Of a stretch of 64,000 nucleotides of DNA, positions 1-12,789 are shown one piece after another (positions within the stretch are counted from its first letter, which is position 1; every line of letters starts with the position of its first letter). The notes beneath the pieces were generated by a model. It did not search any database. It worked only from the letters and a program-made list of their open reading frames with translations, and was not told where the DNA came from. The stretch lies in contig OZ024741.1 of NCBI GenBank assembly GCA_964016885.1, positions 241,366,001 to 241,430,000 of the forward strand, read 5' to 3'. Position numbers and translations under genes: made by a program. The stretch is from Eledone cirrhosa (lineage: Eukaryota).

Positions 1-260
1 CATTGCTTCAAAAGTTCCCATCTAACCCACTCTAGCATGGAAAAGTCCATATAAAAATGACAATGTTGTTGATGATAATGACACTCCATACAGTGTTATG
101 CCTCTGTAAATGTGTGTGATAGCAAGCTTGTGATTCATAATATGTCTCTCAATATATAGAAATGTATGAAATGAGAAAAGTTACATTTAGATTTACATTT
201 TTCATATGTAAATGATATCAACTTGCACAAACATGTATGATCTCACAGCTTATTTGATAT

Positions 261-366
261 AATAATTGTTTCTTCTTTTGGCACAGGGCCAGCAATTATT
301 CCCAGTGTATTACTGGTACTTTATTTTATCGACCCCGTAAGGATGAAAGGCAAAGTTAACCCCGGC
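261..366 (-). mobile_element. tRNA-derived SINE (Meta-domain-like), 3' fragment
   Basis: Matches the body and tail of the full copy at 12571-12760 (gcctttcatccttacggggtcgataaaataaagtaccag...gtgccaaaag..aaacaattatt). Confidence 0.8.
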
Positions 367-559
367 CTTAATAATGTTTATCATCTATAAAATGTTGACC
401 CCCAGTTTAAGCAATCATAGGGTATGAAACTGCATTGATGGAATATGAAACAGGATTTCACTCATTTGCCAGAGTCCCTACTCTACCAGATATGGCTCCT
501 TCTAACTACTTTGAGAGTCATGAGGGCAATATGTGGAATGCAATGGCAGAGCGGAGAGT

Positions 560-760
560 CATCATCATCATCAGCATCACCGTTTAATGTCCAGTTCTCC
601 ACACTAGCATGGGTTAGACGAGCTGTCCCATTGTGAGACAAGCCAGGTCGAATGATCATGTCTTGCTCATACAGAACTGTTTTGGCGTGGTTTCTAGGGC
701 TAGATGCCCTTCTTAACGCCAACCACATTTATAGTGTATACTGGGCACATTTTGTTGTGA
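560..760 (-). mobile_element. RTE LINE 3' UTR fragment with (GAT)n tail
   Basis: catcatcatc...cgtttaatgtcca..ttctccacactagcatgggttagacg, the same as the 3' UTRs of the RTE copies at 4627 and 11617. It runs directly into the 48-bp array. Confidence 0.85.
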
Positions 761-2568
761 CACCTACATGACCACTTTACAGTGTGGACTGGGTGCTCCT
801 TGTTATGACACCTACATGACCACTTTACAGTATGGACTGGTTGCTCCTTGTTGTGACACCTACATGACCACTTTACAGTGTGGACTGGGTGCTCCTTGTT
901 GTGCACCCACATGACCACTTTACAGTGTGGACTGGTTGCTCCTTGTTGTGACACCTACATGACCACTTTACAGTGTGGACTGGGTGATCCTTGTTGTGAC
1001 ACCTACATGACTACTTTACAGTGTGGACTGGGTGCTCCTTGTTGTGACACCTACATGACCACTTTACAGTGTGGACTGGGTGCTCCTTGTTGTGACATCT
1101 ACATGACCACTTTACAGTGTGGACTGGTTGCTCCTTGTTGTGACACCTACATGACCACTTTACAGTGTGGACTGGTTGCTCCTTGTTGTGACACCTACAT
1201 GACCACTTTACAGTGTGGACTGGGTGCTCCTTGTTGTGACACCTACATGACTACTTTACAGTGTGGACTGGGTGCTCCTTGTTGTGACACCTACATGACC
1301 ACTTTACAGTGTGGACTGGTTGCTCCTTGTTGTGACACCTACATGACCACTTTATAGTGTGGACTGGTTGCTCCTTGTTGTGACACCTACATGACCACTT
1401 TACAGTGTGGACTGGTTGCTCCTTGTTGTGACACCTACATGACCACTTTACAGTGTGGACTGGTTGCTCCTTGTTGTGACACCTACATGACCACTTTACA
1501 GTGTGGACTGGGTGCTCCTTGTTGTGACACCTACATGACCACTTTACAGTGTGGACTGGTTGCTCCTTGTTGTGACACCTACATGACCACTTTATAGTGT
1601 GGACTGGTTGCTCCTTGTTGTGACACCTACATGACTACTTTACAGTGTGGACTGGGTGCTCCTTGTTGTGACATCTACATGACCACTTTACAGTGTGGAC
1701 TGGTTGCTCCTTGTTGTGACACCTACATGACCACTTTACAGTGTGGACTGGGTGCTCCTTGTTGTGACACCTACATTACCACTTTACAGTGTGGACTGGG
1801 TGCTCCTTGTCGTGACACCTACATGACCACTTTACCGTGTGGACTGGTTGCTCCTTGTTGTGACACCTACATGACCACTTTACAGTGTGGACTGGGTGCT
1901 CCTTGTTGTGACACCTACATGACCACTTTACAGTGTGGACTGGGTACTCCTTGTTGTGACACCTACATGACCACTTTACAGTGTGGACTGGGTGCTCCTT
2001 GTTGTGACATCTACATGACCACTTTACAGTGTGGACTGGGTGCTTCTTGTTGTGACACCTACATGACCACTTTACAGTGTGGACTGGGTGCTCCTTGTTG
2101 TGACACCTACATGACCACTTTACAGTGTGGACTGGGTGCTCCTTGTTGTGACACCTACATGACCACTTTACAGTGTGGACTGGGTTCTCCTTGTTGTGAC
2201 ACCTACATGACCACTTTACAGTGTGGACTGGGTGCTCCTTGTTGTGACACCTACATGACCACCTTACAGTGTGGACTGGGTGCTCCTTGTTGTGACACCT
2301 ACATTACCACTTTACAGTGTGGACTGGGTGCTCCTTGTTGTGACACCTACATTACCACTGTACAGTGTGGACTGGATGCTCCTTGTTGTGACACCTACAT
2401 TACCACTTTACAGTGTGGACTGGGTGCTCCTTGTTGTGACACCTACATTACCACTGTACAGTGTGGACTGGATGCTCCTTGTTGTGACACCTACATTACC
2501 ACTTTACAGTGTGGACTGGGTGCTCCTTGTTGTGACACCTACATGACCACTTTACAGTGTGGACTGGG
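722..2568. repeat. 48-bp tandem minisatellite, about 38 copies
   Basis: Unit gaccactttacagtgtggactgggtgctccttgttgtgacacctacat, period 48 (e.g. 961 and 1009). It explains the 16-aa repeat ORFs. Confidence 0.97.
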
Positions 2569-4626
2569 GACTTAGGTGTGGGAGGTGCATGGGGATTGGA
2601 GAGGAAGATTTAGGCATGGGTGAGGGGTGGCGTCTAAGGACATGGGTGGAGTGTTTGTTGTTAGGACGTGGGTGGAGTGTGGGGTGTTACGACGTGGGTG
2701 GAGTGTTACAAAATGGGAGGTGTATGGAAGGAGTGATGAAGGAGAAGGTCTTTCAAAAACAAACCCCAAAAAACATTGACGAGATGCTTCAAACAGTGAA
2801 AGAATCACTGATCTGTATGGAGTCACAAGTGGTCTACTACAAAAGGGATTAGGAATTAAAACCCACCAAGCATGTCATTTATTTTTCCAGCCTAATGCCT
2901 ACCAGATAAGTCTCCCAATTTCATTAGTTCTGTCTCTCTGGCTGCTACTTGTATTTTCCACTCTGGTCATCATGCTGATCAGATATGTATCCTTATCCAG
3001 GCACTTTTCTTCTGCAGTAAAATTTTGTGGCATATTTGTTCCATGTTGTAATGGCTATTATATAACTGTCTTATTATATTCTCATAAAATATAATTTCAG
3101 AGGGCTACTGAAATGCAAATGGGACATTAAAGGCTAAAAATAGCGATAAATGTTGCCCTCTTTAAACAATGCTTCTAGAAAACTATGAACACCTAAAATA
3201 TATTTATATTCTTTGATTGTGCCAATTTCTGACATCAATGTTGTTCGTTTTCAGTCAGGTATGTTACTTGCTTTGTATGTTACTTCATTTATGTGTCTTT
3301 TGTAAATAATGCAAAGCAGAGTTAAAACTTGTCTTTTATATTGTTGATACTATTAGGTGGAGTGGTGCTGTCTTTGGTGTCGAAACTATAAAGATGTCAG
3401 ATAGTTGATTGATGAAAAAGTCTCTCTTTTCTCTTTGTTTCTCTGTTTGTTGACACTGTCTATATATATATATATCTTCCTGCCATCTTTGAGGTAATTT
3501 TAAAATATTGCTTATCTATAATTTATTGTTTCTGGCCATATTGCAGTGTTTCGGTGGTTTTATTCATGCCAGTCACCGATTTGGTACTTTTCTCATATTT
3601 GTGAAGATTAGGATTTTTTTAGAGGCAGCCTTTACTCACCTCATTGTAGCTATATCATTGGGTTATGACAGTTTTCTTGAGGGCTAACAGTGTCACCCAT
3701 TGCTCCATCTCCCCTAATAGTTTACAGCTGTTGGTCTGGGGCTGCTTTTTTATCTGGCAGGAGTCCGCTTATATTGCAACTAACCATTGTATTTGCAGGA
3801 TGTTTCACTATCCACTACCTGTCACTTGTTCTGTAGCAGAACAGCTCCACCGGATATGCGGTTATAATGTCTAAGTATTTATTTTATTTTACGGGCAAAA
3901 CCAATTGGCAGGATATCCAGAGTTAAATAAATCCCGATGAAGATGAATGGAAAACATCCATGAACTTGACTAGTCTAGCTTTGGGATCAAGCCTGATTAA
4001 CTGGAGATCGTTGCTTCTGGCAGGACATACTGCAAGGCATGTTTGAGGAGTCTACCATCACAACCCCTCCCGCCAGAAATAAGTGGGCAAAGATGATGAT
4101 GATGGAGGAGGAGGAGAAGAAGCTTATCTATAAAATATTATGCAGTCACTTTCTAGTGTATCATCATTATCCTCATTTTAGTCTGCTTTTGGATGTGTCA
4201 TTATGGTCTGAGCACAACATTTAACTCACACTTTACTTATCTATCTATCTATATATATAAGTTTGTTCAGCTTCCATGGTGGTTTCATGTTTACTTTTGT
4301 TTATGTTTTTTGCTTTTCAATAGTAAATAAGATGAACATTTATAAGATAGAGAAAAAACAGAAAAAGATTCACAGCAATAAAGCATGATCAAAGTTCAAA
4401 TCTTTGATAAATATCAGCGCAATAACATATGATGGAAATTTAAAAATGTAAGAAAAAGTTTACATGCTGTGTCATGCGATGTAAAACGGAAACATTTGTC
4501 TCTGGTTTTCTGGTCGATGTGTCATTTTCACTATTTTTCAAGCTTATAGTGTGATAAACAGATAAAACTTCAGAGTAACAAGACTCACTATTTAGCCTTA
4601 ATAAAGTTATATATATATATATATAT

Positions 4627-6172
4627 CATCATCATCATCATCTTCGTTTAATGTCCATTTTCCACGCTAGCATGGGTTAGACGGGAGTTGTCCGACTTGA
4701 GGCAAGGCTGGTCGGGTGACCGTGTCTCGCTCATATAGGACTATCTGGCAGGTTTTCTACGGCTGGATACCCTTCCTAACACCAACCACATTTACAGTGT
4801 GGAACTGGGAACTTTTTACCGTGTTACCTACACGGCCACATTACAGTGTGGACTGTGTGTTTTTTTTGTCGTGGCACCTACACGATCTCGATCTCATTTT
4901 CTCGTGCTGTTGGTGGGAGTGGGAGGATAGGGGTGTATATTTGGTTAAGAGGTGCCTACTGAGTGTAGGTTTCGCTTTGTACATAGGCAAGGCAGGTCTT
5001 CTGTATTACTGCGTAGCGCCAAAGATCTCAGTCCAGAGACATTGTCTTAGAGAGATATAAGTGTGTGAGGTCAGAACTTATCAGATCATCCCAGGTTTTT
5101 CTGGGTCTACCTACTCCATAACTACCATCAATTTTGATCGCCCTGCACTTTTTATGCAGCTGTCGTCTTTCATGTGAATCACGTGACCATACCAACGTAG
5201 TCTTCTCTCAAGTAAACAGCATCTGATCCCTCTTATTCCTAATTTCTCACTTAGTTCATTTATGCTTTGCCGTTCACGTATATTACTATTACACTTCCAA
5301 TGGAGCATGCATGCTTCATTCCTTTCCAGTCTACGCAGGTCCTCTGCATGTAATGCCCATGTCTCACTGCCACGTAGCATTGCTGTTCGTGTACAAGCAT
5401 CATACAATCTGCCTTTCATTTTTAGAGAGAAACCTTTTGTGGCCAACAGCGGTATAAGCTCTCTGAACTTTTTCCATCCCGTTCTGACTCTGGCTACTGT
5501 ACTTTCAGAACACCCTCCACCACTGCTGATTTTGTCACCCAGGTAACGGAAAGTGTCTACTATTTCTATAGAACCATCTGGGCAATAGAAGGAGCTAGTA
5601 TCCTTTGGACACTTGCTACCTATTGCACCTGAGCATTGGCCACATATAAAGTCTACGTTCTTAGATAGCTTACCTGTGATCCCACTACATCTTTTATGTA
5701 CCCATACTTTGCATTTGGGACATAAAATGGAATTTCTGCCTACTCCTTTCCTACACACTGAGCATGGCCATTTCCCTGAGGGCACCTGTACCCTATTTTC
5801 CTTTCTACAAACTAGAACTTTAGTCTTAGACAAGTTAACTTTAAGGCCTTTCGATTCTAGGCCATGCTTCCATGTTTCAAATTTCTTCTCTAGTTCAGCC
5901 ATTGATTCAGCTATGAGCGTTAGGTCATCTGCGTATAGCAGTTCCCATGGGCAGCCGGTCTTGAACTCCTCTGTTATAGCCTGAAGGGCAATAATAAATA
6001 GTAGGGGGCTAAGGACAGAGCCCTGATGAACACCAACTTTTACACTAAACTCTTCACTATATTCGTTGTTAATTCTTACCTTGCTGACTGTTTCTTTATA
6101 CATGGCTTGTATAGCTCTCACAAGCCATTCATCAACACCTAGTTTTCTAAGGGCCCACCAGATAATCGAGCG
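4627..6172 (-). mobile_element. RTE-clade LINE, 5'-truncated (RT C-terminal half plus 3' UTR)
   Basis: ORF 5111-6121 has GVHQGSVLSP, LLYADD, FRYLG and RLRWYGHV. The 3' UTR ends in (GAT)n. Confidence 0.95.
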
Positions 6173-6188
6173 GGTGGGGACACCTTGT

Positions 6189-6928
6189 CATCATCATCAT
6201 CACCGTTTTACGTCCATTCTTCCACACTAGCATGGGCTAGACAGATTGTCTTGCTCATATTGGAACTGATTCTGACTTGATTTCTACAGCTGGATGACCT
6301 TCCTAACACCAACCTCATTTACAGTGAGTACTAGGTGCTTTTTTCCGTGGCGCCTACACGTCCACGTTACAGTGTGAGCTGGGTGCTTTTTTGCTGTGGC
6401 ACCTCCACGACCACTTTGCAGTGGAAGGGTGTGGGGCATATTGTCTATATGTTTGAGATTTGGCTTGTACCCTTTGGGGGTCGGGTCTTCTGTATTACTG
6501 CATGACGCCAGAGGTCACAGTCGTGTGTCATCGCCTTTGAGAGGTGTAATTGGGTAAGGTCAGCTTTTATCACCTCATCCCAAGTCTTCTTGGGTCTCCC
6601 CACTCCGCGGTTTCCATCGACTTCTAGTGGTCTGGACCTTTTTATGCAGCTGTCATCCTTCATACACATCACATGTCCATACCAACGCAACCGCCTCTCC
6701 TGCGCACAACATTTGATTCCTCTTATGCTCGGTCTCTCTTTCCATTCGTTTATGCTTTGCCGTTCGCGTATATTATTATTACACATCCATCGGAGCATGC
6801 AGGCTTCATTTCGTTCTAATCTACGAAAGTCTTCTACAGACAGTGCCCAGGTCTCACTACCATGTAACATTGCTGTTCGTATACACGCATCATACAGTCT
6901 GCCTTTCATTTTGAGGGAAAAGCCCTGC
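6189..6928 (-). mobile_element. RTE LINE, related subfamily, 3' fragment
   Basis: ORF 6445-6930 has LHGSETW, RLRWYGHV and GRPKKTW. (GAT)n tail at 6189; 5' end abuts (TA)n. Confidence 0.92.
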
Positions 6929-6995
6929 ATATATATATATATATGAAAGACGTAAATAAGAAAGTTATGAAAATTGACTTACTTACTAAAATTTC

Positions 6996-7074
6996 ACTCC
7001 AACTAATTAGTTTCTGTAAGGGGATAAATACAGTTACGTAATACCTGTAGAGAAGCCTTACGTCATCAGGGAGT
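6996..7074 (-). ncRNA. Type I hammerhead ribozyme motif (Penelope-like pLTR)
   Basis: Minus strand reads ACUCC-CUGAUGA-C GUAAGG..CCUUAC A-GAAA-CUAAUUAG-UU-GGAGU. Helix I is 5 bp, the core is intact and helix III is short and palindromic. Confidence 0.8.
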
Positions 7075-7218
7075 CTATTCTCAGCTAAGCTACCAGGCAA
7101 TGCGGGGACACTGGTTCTGCATTCCCTTGCATTGAACTACAAAGTTACTAAGACAAAACATATATATCTACTAGCGTAGGTATGCATCTGTATACATATG
7201 TCGGTAGATATATTAATT

Positions 7219-7289
<71 letters not shown>

Positions 7290-7674
7290 CTCTTGCAAGC
7301 AAGGAAAAGCAGATGTAAAATGATGATATATATACACCCACATATCACCATCATCGTTTAAAGTCTATTTTCCATGCTAGCATCAACTGGGAAGACATAA
7401 GTAAAAATCCTAATTTGCTATCTCCATAATAATGTCATTTTAGACAAGGGTTCTAGTTTGCTGACATCGCCTTAACATCGACCAATAAAATTTTGTTTAT
7501 GATTAGACTTAGGATCCTAAAGGGAAAAAAAACACAAGTGAAGAACATTGATAAAACAAATAACCTCTTCAGGTAGTCAGCCAGTCTGAACATCAGACTA
7601 TAGGTGGACACAAACAAGTAATGTTATTGAATAGGTAGCCAATCAAGACATGAACCCATACCTTCCTTTTATAT

Positions 7675-8018
7675 CATCATCATTTCATCATTTCATTTTA
7701 CGTCCACTTTTCCCTGCTTGTAAGGGTGGGACGGGAACTGATTCTGGCTTGATTTCTACAGCTGGATGCCCTTCCTAACACCAACCTCATTTACAGTGAG
7801 TGCTGGGTGCTTTTTTGCCGTGGCACCTCCATGACCACTTTGCAGTGGAATGATAGGGACCCCAGTCCCTATCATCTCATTCCAACAGCTGAGTAAACTG
7901 GAGCAATGTGAAATAAAGTGTCTTGCTCAAGGAAACAACACATCACCCGGTCTGATAATTGAACTCACAACCTTTCGATTGCAAGGCCAATGCTCTAACC
8001 ACTAAGCCATGTGCCTCC
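7675..8018 (-). mobile_element. tRNA-headed SINE segment joined to an RTE 3' UTR tail
   Basis: Minus strand: A box tggcttagtgg, B box gttcaatt, core ccttgagcaagacactttatttcac, a hairpin at 7847-7883, then the RTE 3' UTR ending in (GAT)n. Confidence 0.7.
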
Positions 8019-8250
8019 ATATATATATATATAAGAAAGTTATTCCCACTCATCTGGATTATGGTATTTGTAATAATATTTTTTCAATTTTCTATATACA
8101 CTTTGTAAATTGTTACACTTGGAACCTATATAACTACCAGAGGATCTACCAACTGGAATAATTTGTATGTTGAGTAAACACTACTGTATGTGGTCTTTGA
8201 TTATTGTTGAACAATCAAATTAATTGATTATATTAACAGAATTTGAATAA

Positions 8251-8334
<84 letters not shown>

Positions 8335-8710
8335 GAAAGTATAGAAATTATTGTGAGCATGAAGCCGACAGTATTTCATAATATATAAGTGACTATAACG
8401 TCAAAATGGAAAAATAATTAACGTAAGATGTGGGAAAATAATTCAAACTCAATTTTAAAAAAATCAAGACAGATTTATCCACAGATTTTGTGAAATCCAG
8501 GGAAAAATCAATAGAGCCTTAACTCTGAATAAAATAAAGTTTAAATACTCATCCTTCAATTTGAAAAAACATATATATATATATATATATATAAAAATTT
8601 CAAGTTATCAATAATGTAGTGATAATATATCGTCACGTTAGAGATGAATAGCGTATGTGTAGGTTTGCTCAACGAGTATAAATATCACTGCTTACGCAAG
8701 CAGAGATACA

Positions 8711-8750
8711 TAGGTATTCCGTCTGTTACAGAAACATATGTCAATACCTA
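8711..8750 (+). ncRNA. Degenerate hammerhead remnant
   Basis: taggtatt...GAAA-CATATG-TC-aataccta: 8-bp helix I and palindromic helix III, but no CUGAUGA. TATA-like motif upstream and AATAAA downstream. Confidence 0.45.
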
Positions 8751-8810
8751 ATAAATTCCTTTATAAAAGCACTTTCATTTTATATTCATCTTTTCTATAT
8801 ATATATATAT

Positions 8811-8999
8811 AGTAATTGTTTCTACTTTTGGCACAAGGCCAGCAATTATTCCAGTATATTACTGGTACTTTATTTTATCGACCCCGTAAGGATGAAAGGC
8901 AAAGTTAACCACGGCGGCATTTGAACTCAGATCATAAAGGGCCGTATCTCTTTGCTGCTAAGCATGGTGTCTGACTCTCTACCGATACTGCCAATTCCC
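8811..8999 (-). mobile_element. tRNA-derived SINE, near full length
   Basis: A box tggcagtatcgg, B box gttcaaatg, flanking duplication tatagtaat. Confidence 0.88.
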
Positions 9000-9288
9000 T
9001 ATAGTAATAATAACAAATTTGAAGTTTAAAATCCAAAGAGGGCTCGATAAGGATAAATATATATCAAATATATAAGAACCCTAGAGCAAATATTTGCATC
9101 CACAGATTGATTTTTTTAGTTTCAGAAGATCCCGTTAAAGGTGAAAGCAGCGATTCTTTGCTTAAACTTTAATCTGTTATTTTAATAAATATATATATAT
9201 ATATATGTATATATATTACTCCGTCACTCCTATGTGGAAAAAGTACGTTGAGTGCTTGAATTGAATTGCATCAATGTTTACCCAAAGT

Positions 9289-9583
9289 ATATATATATAT
9301 GTGTGTGTCTGTGTGTCTCTCTCTGTATATATATATATATGTCTCTCTCTCTGTATATATATATATATATATGTCTCTCTCTCTCTCTGTATATATATAT
9401 ATGTCTCTCTCTCTGTATATATATATATATATGTCTCTCTCTCTGTATATATACATATATATATATGTGTGTGTCTGTGTGTCTCTCTCTGTATATATGT
9501 ATATATATGTCTCTCTCTCTGTATATATATATATATATATATGTGTGTGTCTGTGTGTCTCTCTGTATATATGTATATATATG

Positions 9584-9614
<31 letters not shown>

Positions 9615-9816
9615 GTGTGTGTCTGTGTGTCTCTCTCTGTATATATGTATATATATGTCTCTCTCTCTGTATATATATATATATATATGTGTGTCTGTGT
9701 GTGTCTCTCTCTCTCTCTATATATATATATGTCTCTCTCTCTGTATATATATATATATATGTCTCTCTCTCTGTATATATATATATATATGTCTCTCTCT
9801 CTGTATATATATATAT
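9289..9816. repeat. Composite (TA)n/(TG)n/(TC)n minisatellite, resuming at 11618-11821
   Basis: Repeated (ta)n-tgtctctctctctg modules on both sides of the RTE at 9817-11617. Confidence 0.9.
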
Positions 9817-11617
9817 AAAAATAGCGCAACTAATCAGAGAGAGAATTGACCTAGATGAAATGCAGTTCGGGTTTGTGTCAGGCAAAAGTACCACAGACGC
9901 TCTTTTCATAGTACGACAACTACAGGAGAAGTACCTAGCTAAAGGTAAACCCCTCTACTTAGCTTTTGTCGACTTGGAGAAAGCCTTCGACAGAGTCCCC
10001 CGCTCCATTATCTGGTGGGCTCTTAGAAAACTAGGCGTTGACGAATGGCTTGTGAGGGCTATACAAGCCATGTATAAAGAAACAGTCAGCAAGGTTAGAA
10101 TTAACAACGAATATAGTGAAGAGTTTAGCGTAAAAGTTGGCGTCCATCAGGGCTCTGTTCTCAGCCCCCTACTATTTATTATTGCCCTTCAGGCTATAAC
10201 AGAGGAGTTCAAGACAGGCTGCCCATGGGAACTCCTATACGCAGACGACCTGACACTCATAGCGGAATCAATGGCCGAGCTAGAGAAGAAATTCCAAACA
10301 TGGAAGCACGGCCTAGAGTCAAAAGGACTTAAAATTAACCTTGCTAAGACCAAAGTTCTAGTTTGTAGGAAAGAAAACAAGGCGGCGGTCCCTTCTGGGA
10401 AATGGTCGTGCTCGGTGTGTAGGAAAGGCGTAGGTAGAAACTCCATTTTATGTCCTAAATGCAAAGTATGGGTGCATAAAAGATGTAGTGGGATCACAGG
10501 TAAGCTAACTAAGAACATAGATTTTACATGTGGCCGGTGTTCTGGTGCAATAAGTAGCAGCAAGTGCCCACAAAATACTAGCTCTTTCAATTGCGCAGAG
10601 GGTTCTATAGAAATAGTGGACAGCTTCCGTTACCTGGGCGATAAAATCAGCAGTGGGGGAGGGTACTGTAGCTAGAGTCAGAACTGTATAGTATAAGCTC
10701 TCTGAAAAAGTTCAGAGAGCTTATACCACTATTAGCTGCTAAAGGGTTCTCCCTAAAAATGAAAGGCAGGTTGTACGATGCCTGCATACGAACAGCAATG
10801 TTGCATGGCAGTGAGACCTGGGCATTGTGTGCAGAGGATATACGCAGACTAGAGAGGAACAAGGCTTGCATGCTCCGCTGGATGTGTAACAGTAATATAC
10901 GTGAACGGCAAAGCATAAACGAACTAAGGAAAAAATTAGAGATAAGAGGGATCAGATGTTGTTTACTCGAGAGAAAGCTACGTTGGTATGGACACGTGAT
11001 GCGCATGAAAGTTGATAGCTGTATAACAAATTGCAGGGCAATAAAGATAGATGGTAGTCACAGAATAGGCAGACCTAGAAAAACCTGGGACGAGCTGATA
11101 AACTCCGACATCACACACTTACACCTCTCCAAGACAATGTCACTGGACCGAGACCTTTGGCGGTACTCAGTAACAGAGAAGACCCGCCTTACCTAAATAT
11201 ATATAGTAAAACCTACTCCAGCCAGTAGGCATCTCTAACAAAATACACCCCGTCCCACCACCCCCACCCCCACCCCATCCACACCACCCCGTTCTATGTA
11301 AAGTTATGTTGGTGCCGCGCCATCCAGGCCGAAACAAATGAGATCGTGTAGGCCGAAACAAATGAGATCGTGTAGGTGTCACGACAAAAAAACACACAGT
11401 CCACGCTGTAATGTGGCCGTGTAGGCAACACGGTAAAAACCTCCCAGACCCACACTGTAAATGTGGTTGGTGTTAGGAAGGGCATCCAACTGTAGAAAAC
11501 CTGCCAGACAGTCCTATGCGAGCAAGACAATCACTCTTGCCTCAAGTGGGACTACCCCCGTCCAAACCCATGCAAGCGTGGAACACGGACGTTAAACGTT
11601 GATGATGATGATGATGA
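9817..11617 (+). mobile_element. RTE LINE, 5'-truncated (RT plus 3' UTR)
   Basis: QFGF, FVDLEKAFDRV, QGSVLSP, LLYADD; frameshift near 10670; 3' UTR with (GAT)n tail. Confidence 0.96.
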
Positions 11618-11629
11618 TATGTCTCTCTC

Positions 11630-11665
<36 letters not shown>

Positions 11666-11781
11666 TCTCTCTCTGTATATGTATATATATATATATATGT
11701 CTCTCTCTCTGTATATATATATATATATATGTGTGTGTCTGTGTGTCTCTCTCTGTATATATATATATATATGTCTCTCTC

Positions 11782-11821
<40 letters not shown>

Positions 11822-11822
<1 letters not shown>

Positions 11823-12090
11823 GTAATTCCGGGTTGAATTGGAGGTAACCACAGTAAGTAAGGTACTCAATACATTGCAGAGTATAAAAGTTTTAATATA
11901 GATGAGATTCTGCAGGACTAGAACTGTTTCATTCTTTAGAAATCATCAGGAATCTGGGTATCAAAAAATAAATATGGTATTTATAGGTCTCTTCAGGTGG
12001 TAGGAGAGGGTGGGGAGTAAGATGGGTGTAGGTCATTGGTTGATAGAAAAGGGAATTCATTAAAAGCTAATTCTTCAAAGCTATAGTGTT
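11822..12090 (-). mobile_element. Short hammerhead-bearing element, family A (Penelope-like pLTR)
   Basis: Lies between (TA)n tracts. Tail tattgagtaccttacttactgtggttacctcc is shared with 30071 and 36178. Confidence 0.7.
11905..11955 (-). ncRNA. Type I hammerhead motif with a U16.1-to-C change
   Basis: AGAUUC-CUGAUGA-U UUC UAAA GAA U-GAAA-CAG(8 nt)CUG-CA-GAAUCU. Sister copies have UA at the cleavage site. Confidence 0.75.
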
Positions 12091-12570
12091 TATATTTATA
12101 TATATATATATTTATGTTTGTATTTATCATTGTTGTGACTATACACAATGACCACATACATCTGGTCAATTTATTCATGGTGTCATTTTTTTAGCTTTAT
12201 GTTTACTCTGGCCGAACAATATATATATATATATATATAAAAGTTCCATTGAAATCAAAGGTTATAGGTAAAAATTAAAAGTGAAAAAGCAATGGTATAT
12301 CGAAAGATTATTTTTCTTTAATCTGACAGAATGAATAATTCTATAATTGTAACATTAAGTGGATTGAAATTTTGTCAAATATTACTGGTTTCAATTGGTA
12401 TATCAATCTGATCAAATATTTAAAAGAGTTTGTTCTCATATTCTGTGAGCAGTTATAACATATGTGAATTTTCTCTCAAAATTTCTTTATATATACATAT
12501 ATATATATATACTATAAAGAAGAGAGATAGTTTAAATGTACATCCTCTATTTATTGTATAATCCTGAATA

Positions 12571-12760
12571 ATAATTGTTTCTACTTTAGGCACAAGGCCA
12601 GCAATTACCCAGTGCATTACTGGTACTTTATTTTATCAACCCCGTAAGGATGAAAGGCAAAGTCAACCTCGGCGGGATTTGAACTCAGATCGTAAAGGGA
12701 CGTAACTATGCTGGAAAGCATGGCGTCCGACCCTCTACCGATACTGCCAATCCACCGCCC
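12571..12760 (-). mobile_element. tRNA-derived SINE, full length
   Basis: gggcggtggattggcagtatcgg (A box), gttcaaatccc (B box), Meta-like core, (ATT)n tail, TSD tgaataataat (12565-12575 and 12761-12771). Confidence 0.92.
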
Positions 12761-12789
12761 TGAATAATAATAATAATAATATATATATA

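Noticed and set aside
722-2568. CRISPR array (also considered for 43238-47797 and 55628-59120)
   Set aside because: No unique spacers, no cas genes, and the context is an animal genome.
878-2575. Cys-rich repeat protein (MTTLQCGLGAPCCDTY)n
   Set aside because: Translation of a 48-bp satellite derived from an RTE 3' UTR, with stops in some units.
3505-3990. Half-hammerhead-like motifs at about 3545 and 3930
   Set aside because: Cores are incomplete and no sister copy is present in the window.
12377-12421. Hammerhead-like arrangement (UUGAUCA..GAAA CCAG UA)
   Set aside because: Two core changes in AT-rich sequence; could be chance.
12690-12760. tRNA gene
   Set aside because: The A and B boxes belong to a multi-copy SINE head with no complete cloverleaf.
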